NCBI RefSeq assembly: GCF_006345805.1
Contig: NC_043016.1
Coordinates: 5,332,001 to 5,396,000 of the forward strand
Direction: 5' to 3'
Length of the DNA: 64,000 bases
Source: Octopus sinensis
Lineage: Eukaryota
Part shown: piece by piece, positions 38,922 to 50,939 of the stretch
Layout of the letters: the number at the start of each line of letters is the position of its first letter
Position numbering within the stretch: the first letter of the stretch is position 1
Notes under the pieces: generated by a model
What the model was told of the DNA's origin: nothing
Database searches by the model: none
Seen by the model: only the letters and a program-made list of their open reading frames with translations
Made by a program: the position numbers and the translations under genes

Positions 38922-39096
38922 AGGCAACCAGCTGGCAAAATCCTTAGCATTTTACGTAGATCAAATTCTGCTGAGATCGACTTACTCTTTCATCTGTTCG
39001 GGTCACTAAAAGAAGAACCTGCTGATCACTTAGCCCGATGTAATCGACTTAGCCCCTTCCCCAAAACTGCTGGCTCTGTGCCAAAATTTGAAGCCC
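38922..39096 (+). mobile_element. SINE family 2 copy, internally deleted, head-to-tail with the previous copy
   Basis: ggcaaccagctggcaaaatccttagc..tcaaattctgctgagatcgact..gatgtaatcgacttagcccc. Confidence 0.7.
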
Positions 39097-39522
39097 TTAT
39101 CAAATGAATAGTCGTTAATTTAAACTTTAGGGTTTGACTTGACATAAATTTGGCTATTACTTCTTGTATCATGGCCTAATATCAAATTCCACTTGAATCA
39201 AACAGGATTCAAGTAGAATTTGGCAAACGGAAACTGCAGGAAGTCCATTTTCTTTTAAATTCTAGTCAAGAACTTGTGTGTGCAGATAACTTCCTCCTTT
39301 CTTTTTACCAGTTTCTAGTTCTTGGAAAATGGTCATGAACTTGCCTTCTTTAACTATGCCCTAAAAGTAAGACAAAATGTCGTCCATTATTCGTTTGTTA
39401 ACAGAAAAACAAATAACTGTAAATATATTCTTTTATTCTTTTATATATTTTAACCCTAAGGTAGTCGTCATGCTGGGGCACCGCCATATATATATATATA
39501 TATATATATACACGTATGTATA

Positions 39523-40403
39523 TGTGGCGTGATCAATAAGTATCCGGACTATTGTCGTAGTAATGAAGCTAAAGTACGCAGAGTGAAGCCGCTTAGCACA
39601 GATTGACCTCAAATTATGCTGTGCATGCGCATTAAGTTTCAACGTTATAGCTCACTTCCGCTGTTTACAGCAGTTCTTGGAAGGAACGCGTGTTGCGTGT
39701 GATCGTCGCATTGAGAATGACAGAGAAAGCTGAGCAGAGAATTTGCATCTAATTTTGCCAATAGCTTAGCAATAACTGCTCAGAGGCCTACACAAAGTTT
39801 AAAAAAAGTTTTCATCGTTCTCGAGACAATCAGAGAGATCTTGTGCAACTGAAATCCAAGTGACATTTTGGTCATCTGAAAGCAGTTTTGGCACTAACTT
39901 GCCAGACACGCGTCTCATACCTAAATCTTCCGGGATTACGGACTGAACTGAACCGTAACTAATCTGCACATCCTCTGATAACTCACGGATGGTGATTCGA
40001 CGATTTTCCTCTCACAGCTACACGCACATCTGCGAAGTTTTTTCAGTTCTGCTGACTGTAGGTCACTGAGAACGTTCATAAATATCAGAATTTTTCAGCC
40101 ATCTTTGAAACATCTGAACCACTCGTACATTTGCGTGCAGCTCATACACTTCTCTCCATACACTTTCTGCAACTTTACGTAAGCCTCTGAGTACGTATCG
40201 CCACGACAACTTTCTGTCATAATCACACGCTATAGAGTAGTCCTTCCAAGCACTATTGTAAACAGCGAAAGTGAACTAGAACGTTAAAACCTAGTGCGCA
40301 TGCACAGCAGAGTTCAAGGTCAATCTATGCCAACCGGCTTTACTCTGCGTGCTTTAGCTTGGTTACTATGGTAGCAGTCCGGATACTTATTGATCATACC
40401 TCA
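39523..40403. mobile_element. Mariner derivative built from two inverted 5' ends
   Basis: TA|TGTGGCGTGATCAATAAGTATCCGGACT ... AGTCCGGATACTTATTGATCATACCTCA|TA; + arm encodes MTEKAEQRICI*FC; - arm encodes SEAYVKLQKVYG..YEWFRCFKDG..RRITIRELSED..GMRRVSGKLVPKLL. Confidence 0.88.
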
Positions 40404-41010
40404 TATATGGGTATATGGGTCTACCTATTTACCGCTCAGTATTCCTATCTCTCTGTCTATTTATCTATATATATATGTATGTATGTATTTATATATATAT
40501 ATATATATATATAAATATAGGAAGGATGACTTCCCTTCACATATACCGATAGGGCACAGAAAGTGTGTCTATAGCCAGCTGGAGGAGGTGTCTTCCTGGG
40601 GCTACAAACTACAGTAGCATCCACCCTTAGGGGTTAGCCATATTCAAATGGCAAATATACGTCACGATATATGAATATATATATATATATATATACACAT
40701 ACACACGCACATATATGTAGTTAGATATGGTTATATATAATTAGGTATATGTGTATGGGTGTATATATAGTTTATTATTATATTATTATTATTTTTTTGT
40801 TTTGTTTTATATTTTATATTTTATATTTTATATTTTATATTTAATTGTTGATAGGTTTATTTTAGTTTATATATTGTTTATATATTGATTATATATGGAT
40901 TATATATAGGTTATATATGGATTATATATTTACATTTTTTCATTCATACTTTAATTATTTTAAAATTATTATTTTTATATTTTAAAATATTGATATTTTA
41001 GATTGGAAGT

Positions 41011-41053
41011 CCACCTGAAGATTGTCGATCAAGACAAGAAACAATTGTAGTGG
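41011..41053 (+). ncRNA. Minimal type-I hammerhead ribozyme motif
   Basis: ccac CTGAAGA ttgtc gatcaa gacaa GAAA caattg TA gtgg: stem I 4 bp, stem II 5 bp, palindromic stem III, GUA cleavage triplet. Confidence 0.8.
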
Positions 41054-41227
41054 CGGTTTTTTTGACTATTTATTAAAATTTTATGTATTGATTAAGTCTT
41101 TCCTTGTTTGTTTTGCAAAATAGTAGTTTTGTTTCTAATAATATTTTATAATATTTTACTATAAAATTGGATTTAATCCTAAATCTGATTTTTTCCCTGT
41201 AAATTTGGATTTATTCCCTAATATTTA

Positions 41228-41298
<71 letters not shown>

Positions 41299-41553
41299 AA
41301 CTTAAATAATGAGGGTAGAAATTGATATTAATCAAAAAAATCCAGTGACTTAGCATATTTTAAAAATCCGAAGATTAAAATCATATTACATACAAATTAA
41401 GAGGAATCCAAAGTGGATTCCCAATATGCTAAAGATAGACGTCAAATCGCCTTACCACCAAGATTGTGTTCTCAAGAAAAATTTCAACAAACGCCAGAAT
41501 GTAAAAATGAGCAAGACAAATGAAAATATACGAAATAAGAAAAAAAACGTTAT

Positions 41554-41618
41554 CTACGGACCATGATTTCGTTTGTTGATATTTACGAATGTAAATACCT
41601 GCAAACTCTTCAGCGTAG
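41554..41618 (-). ncRNA. Minimal type-I hammerhead ribozyme motif
   Basis: Minus strand: ctacg CTGAAGA gtttg...caaac GAAA tcatg GTC cgtag: stem I 5 bp, extended stem II, near-palindromic stem III, GUC triplet. Confidence 0.7.
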
Positions 41619-42126
41619 TCTGTCGCTTACAAAACACAGTTTCCAGAACGCTCATCCGAAGGAGAGCATGTATAAAGTTCTGCAGTTAGGTATGTAGGTA
41701 GATATGTAGGTAGATATGTAGGTATGTATGTAGGTTGATAGATAGAGAGAGAGAGAGAGAGAAGGAGAGAGAAGGAGAGAGAAGGAGGTTACACCTTCCT
41801 ATTCACCATTCAATTATTTATTTAGTCATTTAGCAGTGTAATGGAATGGGTTTAAGGATAGTTACCTCTTCAAAAAAGACAGGTGTGGTGTGGTCAACAC
41901 TGCAAGTCTTTTTGCCTTCTGTCTCTTTTCCCCTCTTTTTTCTCTTTTCTCTTTCTTTCTTTTCTCCTCTTTCTTTTTTCCTCTTTCTTTTTCTCTTAGA
42001 ATACAAAATATATCTCTTTCAAACATTCAATTTTTGAGAGAATTTTTTGATGAAATGTAGATCTGCATGAAAAAGCATTAGTATATTTACAAATTAAAAT
42101 TTTTTTAACAATTAAATAAAATGAAG

Positions 42127-42230
<104 letters not shown>

Positions 42231-43809
42231 GCAAAGTAGAACATCCCAATGCTACACACACATATACCTGAACATTTGTAGAGATGAGCCACATTTGGAA
42301 TAAAAATGCAAATTAACCGTTTCACCTTCAAGCATTTAATTTTGGAGAGAATCCCTTGATGAAGTGTGTCTGTCTGTCTGTCTGTTTGTTTGTCTGTGTG
42401 TCTGTTTGTGTCTGTGTATGTATGTGCGTGTGTACGTGTGTGTATGTGTGCGTGTGTTAGGGAATATGTCCATGTTTATACTGTGTAACTTCGATGTTTT
42501 GCATTGAAAAACAAAATCTCGCGTCTTTCAATTTCATGTTTTTGCATTTGAGAACATTTGTATTAACACAGTTATGCCTCCACTGATGGATAAAGATAGA
42601 GTGGAACAAATTATGCCTTTAATATTCCCTTCCAGTTTTCTGTCGTTGTTCATTTTTGTTGTTAAAATTGAGCAGTCATGGATTCATGTAGAATTCAACG
42701 CTTTTTCGCAAAATAAATATTATACATATTACTATTTATTGCCAAACTAACGTGGCAGTCCAGAGAAATAGGACAAATGCTGCAGCTGATTAGCTCCGAG
42801 AGGCAATCGTTTCTAGCTAGCTATATGACGCATAAACTTGCGTCCATAAATCTTCGAACAGGGAGATCATCAACTTTTCTTTGCTGGCTTACGCCCACAG
42901 ACCGGTTTCTATACAAAATAGATAAATATCCGTTTATGTGAATGTTCATTTTGTAGTTTCTGAATGAAAGACTGTCAGAAACACAAACAGCTTTCTTTCT
43001 CGTGTACGTATGCACAAATACAAAATGTATGCTCGAAGATACACATATATATACTAATAGGATTGATGTATAAACGTTTCGTAAATATGAATTTTAAATA
43101 AAAAAGTTAATACACTATCTTCTGATGAGACCGATATGTCGATTAGACGATATCTATTTTTCATCGTGGTCACTGAAAACAATATCTGGCCTTGATTTCT
43201 CTAAATGTATGTATTGGCATATCCCAGAGTGTGGTTGCTTTAATCATTTTCGGGGACCTTTTCTGGGACATGCCGACACAATCTTTTTTTCTGATGCCCT
43301 TTTATAGTACTGATACACCCTCCAGTGTATATATCATATATGTGTATATATTCCTTTTAACAAGGTTATTACCCATAAAATTTCTCGCTGTTGACAAATG
43401 GTGTAGATACACCAAAATCAGTTCGCAGCGCCCCCTATCCAGGCTGTGAGATGCGGACATTTCGGAGTGGTTACCTCCTCCTCAGTCACAGAGACCAGAC
43501 TGTGTGTTGCGAGCTGATAAGATTGTCTCATGATATTCACGTCTCTGTTATGATATTCTTTTTTAGTCAAGACTAGACTGCCAAAAACAATATAATCTAT
43601 TATTTCTTTCCAATCACCTCCTATTCTGCAATCACTTATTTTATTTTACTTCATTCCGTGTTTTTGATTGTTTCTGTTAGGGTGGCGTTAATCTTGCGCT
43701 ACAGTTAAAAATGCTATCACTTTCTGTTCCGAGTCCAGTGCTGGGGTTGTTCTTTGTCTATTTTTCTTCTGATCACCTTATTCAAGTATTAGATTATTAC
43801 TGTAACAAT

Positions 43810-44480
43810 AATTATTATTGTTATTTTTAACTCAGGTCTTGTTTTAACTCCCGGAGTCTTGCATGCGTAATTGGCTGGTTATCTGCATCCTACAGTACCA
43901 TGCTATCTGTTCTTTTCAACTGTCTAATACTCTCCTGGTTATTCTGGCTGTGCCAAGGAAGCAAAGTTTTTATAACAGTTCTACTGGACACTCTATTCCA
44001 ACTTCCTTTATATTCCTCTTGATGCCTTCTGATTCTGTCTCCAAGGACTCAACAATGATTGGCACTATTTTCACAGTCTTTATTTTCCATAGCCAGGTTA
44101 TTTCGTATTTAAGAGAGTTGTATACGTCTAGTTTTTAGCCTTCCTTCTAGAATATTCGTGGGTCAAAGAAGCATGCAATATCAATTATATAGCACATGTG
44201 GTTCTCATGATCCACACTACTTGGTCCGGTCTATTATGCTCAAGCACCTGATTTGATTGGAATGGGAAATCACAGAAGATTTTGCAGGTCTCCTGTTCCG
44301 CCGATATCTGCAGTTTGTGCTCATACCAGGCCTTGCCTCTCTCTAGCCCCCACTTTTTGTAAAGTTTCCAATGTAGCGCTTTCACTACCTCACCATGTCG
44401 CCACAACTTGTAGTGATTTGGGGGAAGTCTAAGGAATTCGTTCGCGATATGGGCAATGATTTCGTCCAATTTATGACATA
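43810..44480 (-). mobile_element. R4/Dong-clade LINE 3' end (family D)
   Basis: HGEVVKALHWKLYKKWGL..WYEH..DFPFQSNQVLEHNRPD; 3' end runs into aataacaataataat. Confidence 0.8.
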
Positions 44481-44844
44481 TGCGGCACAGCTATGCCTGC
44501 GCCTTCGCAGCAAAAACAATTGGCACCATTGTTGCATTCTATCCACTACTTATTAATGAAGTTAATATCATTTAAAGCTTGGAGATTGATTATGGACGGA
44601 TGAATGAATTTGACGTTGCTCGATGCAGCTGGAGTAAGCCAGTATATGCTGTCAAACCCCGCCGCCGATATTGGGGGTTGCGTTCTATACCTTGATCTGA
44701 GCATAGAACGGGGCACAACTCTTTGAGCTGGAAAATGAATGAAATACCTGGTGTGTGTCGTGTAATGGCTACCCACTCCTAAAAATGGGGAATAGGCTTG
44801 GCTATATAAAAAATATATATATGCTTGACAGTTGCTTTGTATTT

Positions 44845-44905
44845 GTACAAGTTGACTCACAAGTCTCACCCAGAAACCTCAAGAGACGACAAAGTATTTG
44901 GTGTT
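44845..44905 (-). mobile_element. Diverged family B LINE 3'-terminal fragment
   Basis: tttgtacaagttgactcacaagtctcacccagaaacctcaagagacgaca resembles 53835-53885. Confidence 0.65.
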
Positions 44906-45129
44906 ATGTCTAGGGAGCATATATTTGGTTTTGCACAAAGTATTGCTCTAGAGAATGTTTTAGAAAATATAAGGAAATTATTATAAGTTTGTAGTAAAAT
45001 TTGAGAGAAGACGCCGCACAGTATCCATTATAGTGATGTAAATTGACAGTCAGTACTTTATGCACTATGCATTCACTTCCAAGTAAAGCTGATATTTGCA
45101 ATGCACCAGAATTCTTCAGTTGTCTGGCT

Positions 45130-45440
45130 TCCAAACCTATTATCAGCAGGAAATAGCATACTGATGTTGATGGAATGAGGAATGAGGCTTGCATACCAGC
45201 ATTTGTCAAGGGCCGCGTAAACTAAGTCCTGATATCTCGATTTCTTTACCTACTGGGAAACATTGAGTCTCTCCTCCCAGGGCACTGTGAGCTCGATCAC
45301 GACGATTGTTTTTGCATGGCTGGAGAGCAGGAACATGTCGTTATCTCTTGTAGCTACTTCGACACATTCATCACACCAAATATTCATTATTATGTATTGG
45401 TTCAAGTCACTGGCAATTTTTAGTTGGTTTTTCAACTTGG
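45130..45440 (-). mobile_element. HERO/NeSL-like RLE fragment
   Basis: DMFLLSSHAKTIVVIELTVPWEERL..KKSRYQDL matches the ELTVPWE-type RLE motif. Confidence 0.6.
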
Positions 45441-45497
45441 AAAATATCCCAAATAAATAATTTCAAGCCATCCCTCTAGAAAAGTTTATCCATTATT

Positions 45498-45746
45498 TTT
45501 TATCTTTTACTTGTTTCAGTCATTAGACTGCGCACCGCCTTGAACAATTTTTAGTCGAATGAATCGATCCAGTACTTTTTTTATATTTTTAAAGCTTGGT
45601 ACTTATTTTATCAATCTCTTTTGCGGAACCGTTAAGTTACGGGGATGTAAAACATGCCAACACCGGTTGTCAAGGCTATAGTAGGTATCACGTTATGGGA
45701 CTAAACCCATGTGGTTGGGAAGCAAACGTTTTACCACACGGCCATG
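45498..45746 (-). mobile_element. SINE family 1 copy with internal deletion
   Basis: Minus strand begins tggccgtgtggtaaaacgtttgcttcccaaccacatgg, matching the head at 190. Confidence 0.7.
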
Positions 45747-46239
45747 CAATTGGCACCATTATTGCGTCTTTCCTCAGTTTATTAACGAAGTTAAGACTAG
45801 ACATCAAATATGAAGTGGAGAGAGAAAGAGTCCCCTCAAAGAAGTCTCATAATTCTTGGAGTAAAGATATTTTGTATTATCATCTCTTTAACTTGCTTTA
45901 TTGAAGTCCTCCGTTTTTACATGGCGCAATTTGGTAACCTGTTTTAGTATTGTTTATAAACAATACTACCGATGTCCAAGAATGGTAGGTTTGGTGCCAA
46001 ACAACCCATATTATACTTAGATTCTTATTTTGATTAAGCAATTTTAAATAACTGCTTGTTTGAAATAAAAATTTAGTTGAAGGGGCGTCCGCATTTTCGT
46101 AATTGTTTGATCCAGCATTTTTTTTTCCGATTATTTTAATATTTCTCCTCTCTATATCAATACGTCTCTATTGCTAATGTATGTGTGTGTGTGTGTGAGT
46201 GTGCGTGCGTGTTTAACAAGCTAACTGACTCATCGCAGC

Positions 46240-46415
46240 ACCAGCACCTATTTTGGTGCTGTCAATCTATATATCACTGGCGGGGAGATGAGTCGCTGCT
46301 GCCTCTAGCAGTCAATTGTCCATCATTGGCAAGACCAAAGAAGGTCGAAATCACGTGAGCTGGTGATTTCGGCACTGAAGGTAACGAGGATTTAACTCTC
46401 CGCTAGCGAGAAAAA
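46240..46415 (+). repeat. Unclassified interspersed repeat, copy 1
   Basis: Collinear with 59235-59415. Confidence 0.6.
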
Positions 46416-46764
46416 CAGGAGAGCATTTTGCACCAAAAAGCCGATATGAGTATATTTCATGGTTATTAGTGCAGAATAGTTTGTTGCATGTTCATTGAAA
46501 TAAAACAAATTATTTGATGTTTTGAGTTATTTCATTGGAAATATTGTTTCTGAAAGGACACATTTGCTTATTATTGTGTCAAAATTGGACAATATTTCCA
46601 TTGGTCCACGTTAAATTGTTTTGTCATGGTCACTTTCATATTTTTTATTCTTTTTTCTTACATTTTTTTTGCTCTCCACTCATCTTGCTTTTTACGTTGG
46701 TTTGTTTTTCTTTTTTTCTTTGTTTCATGCTCTTAATTGATAGGGCTAGGATCATCCCAAGTTA

Positions 46765-47480
46765 GTGGTGCCAGAGACGTTGTCATGCGTAGAGCCGACC
46801 ACGTCCATCAGTGCTCTCTATCACTGGTAGTCCCGTGCCTGCCTATCTGCACGTAGTTCTTTACTGGAAAAGTTTTGGTGTTTTCGATGGTTCTCAGGGT
46901 TTTGCTATTGAAGTCGTCGATCCTCTTTGCCAGAGTCTTCGAGAGGAGCCACATTTCTGTTCCACGGAGGATAATGGAGAGGATCATTGCTCGAAGATGC
47001 ATAGCTTTGTCTTCAGGGAGATAGAGAAGCAGTGCAAGAGGTTGGTATCCGGAGTCATGTTTCTATTGTTGTGGACTGTTGAGCACATATTGATGAAGGA
47101 GCTGACAAACTCCACGACGTGAGAGCCAATGTGGAGGGGGATCCGGGCTATATCTGATATGCATCAGCTTGGTCTACGCCCAACACACCTGAAGGACAAA
47201 CTTTGCTGATTCTTCTCAGTATAAGGTTAGTGCGTCCCTGAGCTGGTCAATAAAGTTGCTGAATAGCGTGGTATCGTCCGCATACTCCAGGTCGGGAAGG
47301 TGGTAATTCCCGAGGGTAACGCCTGGCACTCGTTCACAGACCTTGGTCATCAGATAAGCGATGACACAGTTGAAGTGGTCGGGAGCGGCTACATAGCCCT
47401 GTCTGAACCCGCTGTTGATGAGAAACCAATCAGAGTCATTCCCGTTCACTCTCACGCAGCTTTCGGCACTGCTATAGAGC
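46765..47480 (-). mobile_element. RTE-clade LINE RT and downstream fragment
   Basis: SDWFLINSGFRQGYVAAPDHF..DLEYADD; LSIILRGTEMW..RIDDFNSKTLR. Confidence 0.82.
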
Positions 47481-48285
47481 CACTCATCTTTCTTGAAATA
47501 TGTTTCTTATTTTGTCAATATTTATTGACATGTAATGCAATCCATTGTTTTGTTACGATTGGTTATTGATATATATTTTATTGGGACTGGGTTTAGATAT
47601 GTATTAACTGGTCTAGAGGAATTTTTTGTTTTTGTTGTGACTTGTTATATTTTAATTGTCATTTCCTTAGTTTCTTGAGTTTCATTCGTTACAGTTGATG
47701 TATGTCTGCCTGTCGGTGTGTGTGTGTGTGTTGCTTGGCACCATCCTTTACTTTTAGTCCATTATTGTTATGCAGCCCCAAAGTTTGCTCTCACTGAATA
47801 AAATTTATGATCAAATACACTCCACCGAAACTCTTTCGTCTTCTGCCAATGTACAGAGAGTCAGGGTCCGGTTAGCATGTCCTTTAGTTTCGGCGGAATT
47901 CAGGTTTAAGCACCTCATATCGTAATTGTTTTATTTTTTGAATTTTCGGAAATCTTTTGCCAATTTGTGTTCAACACACGAGAATTCATACGATTATAAA
48001 GAAAAATTGTGTGATTTATGGTGATTAACTTTACTTTTAGCACATCTCACGACCACCTGATACTTCCCCGCTTCTTTGTCACTCTGACATATATTGATGT
48101 TTTTCAATATGTTTCTCCTCATAAACACATTTAATGGGATGATGATGTACCCAAGGGTGGTCCATTGCTTAGATTTCTGGTTTAAGTACCTTATATAACA
48201 CCTCGAAACTATTTTTAGTTTTTGCAAATTTGTGTCGGTTAATGATTAATCTTCTGAAAGGAAAATCGTTTCTGTCGCTCGTTTA

Positions 48286-48552
48286 GTGATTGCATCCACC
48301 TTCTTCAGCGGCAGCTTGCCATGTTCAACTACCATCCCAAGCCCCGTTGCTTATCGAAGTGAGAAAAACAAACTGTCAAGATATCGGCCGCTCTCTGACA
48401 GGTTCATGGCCAAGCCTGTGGTGTTCTTGGCCCTCGGACCAGATCCCTCCTCGCTGTTATCGAGCCCCGTGAGTCAGAGTAGCTGTTTCAGCGCATCTCT
48501 CTTGCCATCAACTGGGACAACACCAATTCTATTTTGCTTACTGGGACCATGA
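48286..48552 (+). mobile_element. CRE-clade 3' end fragment
   Basis: FFSGSL..EKNKLSRYRPLSDRFMAKPV; other frame ESE*LFQRISLAI. Confidence 0.7.
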
Positions 48553-48597
48553 GGCAGTCTGAATTACAAGAAAACAACAACAATTTTCCCGTTTCGT

Positions 48598-48720
48598 ATC
48601 GGTAAGTCCCTCATCTGGGATGCCACATACTGTGACATCTTCTCCAGTGGCAACTTGCTGTGTTCAGCTACCAGTCCAGGCTCCGTTACTCGTCAGGCTT
48701 AGAAAAGCAAACTGCCACGG
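48598..48720 (+). mobile_element. CRE-clade RLE fragment
   Basis: GKSLIWDATYCDIFSSGNL..A*KSKL. Confidence 0.7.
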
Positions 48721-49344
48721 TATCATCAATACCATAATTACCACAACCATCGCCACCACTACCACTTCGAAATCTAAGTTATATGAAAAATACAATACCG
48801 GGTGGAATGAGAAGATGGTTTCTAGAAGAGAATTGCGTAATCGTTGAAAATAATCTATCAATATATAGCAGAATCGAAGATCAACAGAATGATGTCATTG
48901 AAATTGCCAGTAAGTACGACTAAGTATGTATTTTATGTTCCCCTGTTCTTTATTATGCATGAAATATTGTTTACAATAATAAATAACGTTCAACAAATAA
49001 GAAACGGGCACGTAAACGAAAAGAAATCATTCGACTTAATAACAAAACCAACATAATAATAACTGCAACAACAAAATATCAAACACAATCAGCTATACAT
49101 AAAACATTAATAATGATACGCAATAACACATCAAACAAAATCAACAATATATAACACTTCAAACATTATTAACGTTACAAAAAGCTATTGAAACAATATC
49201 TGCTATGTTTGGCTTTATGGCGGATGCTAAAATGCAATCACAAGACAAGCGTCAGAAATGATTTTCTCTTCAGATTTTCCCCTCATCTTTATTTCATAGG
49301 AGTTTTTAATAGCTAGTAGCATCTTCTTGTGCATAATCACTATA

Positions 49345-49745
49345 TTGTCCCAGCAGGCGAAAGGGAGAAAGCGTTTCTCTTGAGGATGGCGAACAGCCAT
49401 TTCCGCCCCGATAGCGGCCCGTTCTCGGTCCGGAGGCTGAGAACGCCAGACGTCTCTACTGCCACAGGCTCGACCATAAACCTGTCGGAGAGCGACATAT
49501 ACCATGACAGTTTACTTTTCTCAACCTAACGAGCAGCGGAGTCTGGGCTGGTAGCTAAATGCTGCAAGTTGCCGCTGAAGAAGGTCTCCTAGCATGTTGC
49601 AACTCAGATGAGGGTCCTACCGCCACGGAACGGAAAAATTGTCATAACGTCCAACCATTTACCGTCTTCTCGATGTAACTCCGCTAGCTCGATCTGGGAA
49701 GGGAAGCCTGTGGAGTCTAGGTCATGCTTTTATGATTTTGTTAAG
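49345..49745 (-). mobile_element. CRE-clade RLE and 3' end
   Basis: GFPSQIELAELHREDGKWLDVMTIFPFRGGRTLI..FFSGNL..EKSKLSWYMSLSDRFMVEPVAVETSG. Confidence 0.75.
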
Positions 49746-49829
49746 ACAGTGTTACAGCATCTCAGGTATCCCAGATGACCCAAACTTTGTAGTTTTTGTT
49801 GTAGTTGTTAGCTTGTAATTCAGACCGCC

Positions 49830-50003
49830 ATATGGTCCCAGCAGACAAAATGGAAAAGGCGTTGCCCGGAGGATGGCGAGAGAGATACGCTGAAACAGAC
49901 ACTCAGACTCACTGAACTCGTACTTGCTGACAGACATCGCCCCAATTGCGATGAACAGGGATATGGTCCGGGAGACAAGAACGCCAGATGTCTCCACCGC
50001 CAC
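49830..50003 (-). mobile_element. CRE-clade 3' end fragment
   Basis: AVETSGVL..ESECLFQRISLAILR. Confidence 0.72.
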
Positions 50004-50009
50004 ACGCTA

Positions 50010-50858
50010 AACCATAAACCTTGATTACGTGGTGATAGTGATGGTAATGGTTGTGGTAATTGTTCAACTGATGGTGCTAACAGTGATGGCGGTGGTGATG
50101 GTGATGGCTGAGACCACTGTATGGATGGTGAAGTTGGTGATTGCAACGATGAAACTGGTTGTGATGTTGATAATAATAATGGTGGTAGTTAACAGTGACG
50201 TAGTTATTAGGTGATGGTGGCGGACGTGATTTGGTGGTAGTTATGACGATGTCGTGTTGTCAGTTATCGATGAGGATGCCATGGAGATGATGATGGTGAT
50301 AGTGATGGTGGTGGTGGTGAAAGTGATGGCAAAGACAATAGTGATGATAGTGGTGGTGATGGTGATGGTGATGATGATTATGATGGTGGTGGTGGTGGTG
50401 GTGGTGGTGGTGGTTGATGATGACGATGATGATGATATAGATGTGTGATGATGGGTTTTAAGCATTAATGGCGCGGGATACAGAATGGAAAGCGAAAAAT
50501 GGTTCGTTAATCGGAATGCTTGTTTAAACAAATGTTAATATAGTTGAGATCAAACAACAGGCATTAATCTCAGAAAATTCACTAACAACGAAGATGAAAT
50601 TTTTATTTTATTGCGGTTTTGTTGAGGTAGAGGCCGTTTCTGTTGTTGTTATTCCATTGTTTATTATTAATGTTGTCATTATTATTGTTGTTGCTGTTGT
50701 TGTTGTTGGTGTTGGTGTTTGTTGTTGTTGTTGTTGTTGGTGTTGGTGTTTGTTGTTGTTGTTGTTACTTTTAATCGTTTGCCCTTTTGTTGTTGTTATT
50801 ATTTTTATTATTATTATTAATTATTATTATTATCATCATCATCCTCATCCTCATCATC

Positions 50859-50908
<50 letters not shown>

Positions 50909-50935
50909 TATCATCATCATCATCATTATTATTAT
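50010..50935. repeat. Degenerate trinucleotide arrays (GAT/GGT/GTT/TCA)
   Basis: Directly visible, with a short unique insert at ~50450-50630. Confidence 0.85.
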
Positions 50936-50939
50936 TATT

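Noticed and set aside
39183-39222. 17-bp hairpin
   Set aside because: Short, overlaps a SINE fragment and is plausible by chance in AT-rich repeat DNA.
43122-43185. Hammerhead candidate CTGATGA...gacc/ggtc...GAAA
   Set aside because: Extra ACT between stem II and GAAA, and no stem I or stem III pairing.
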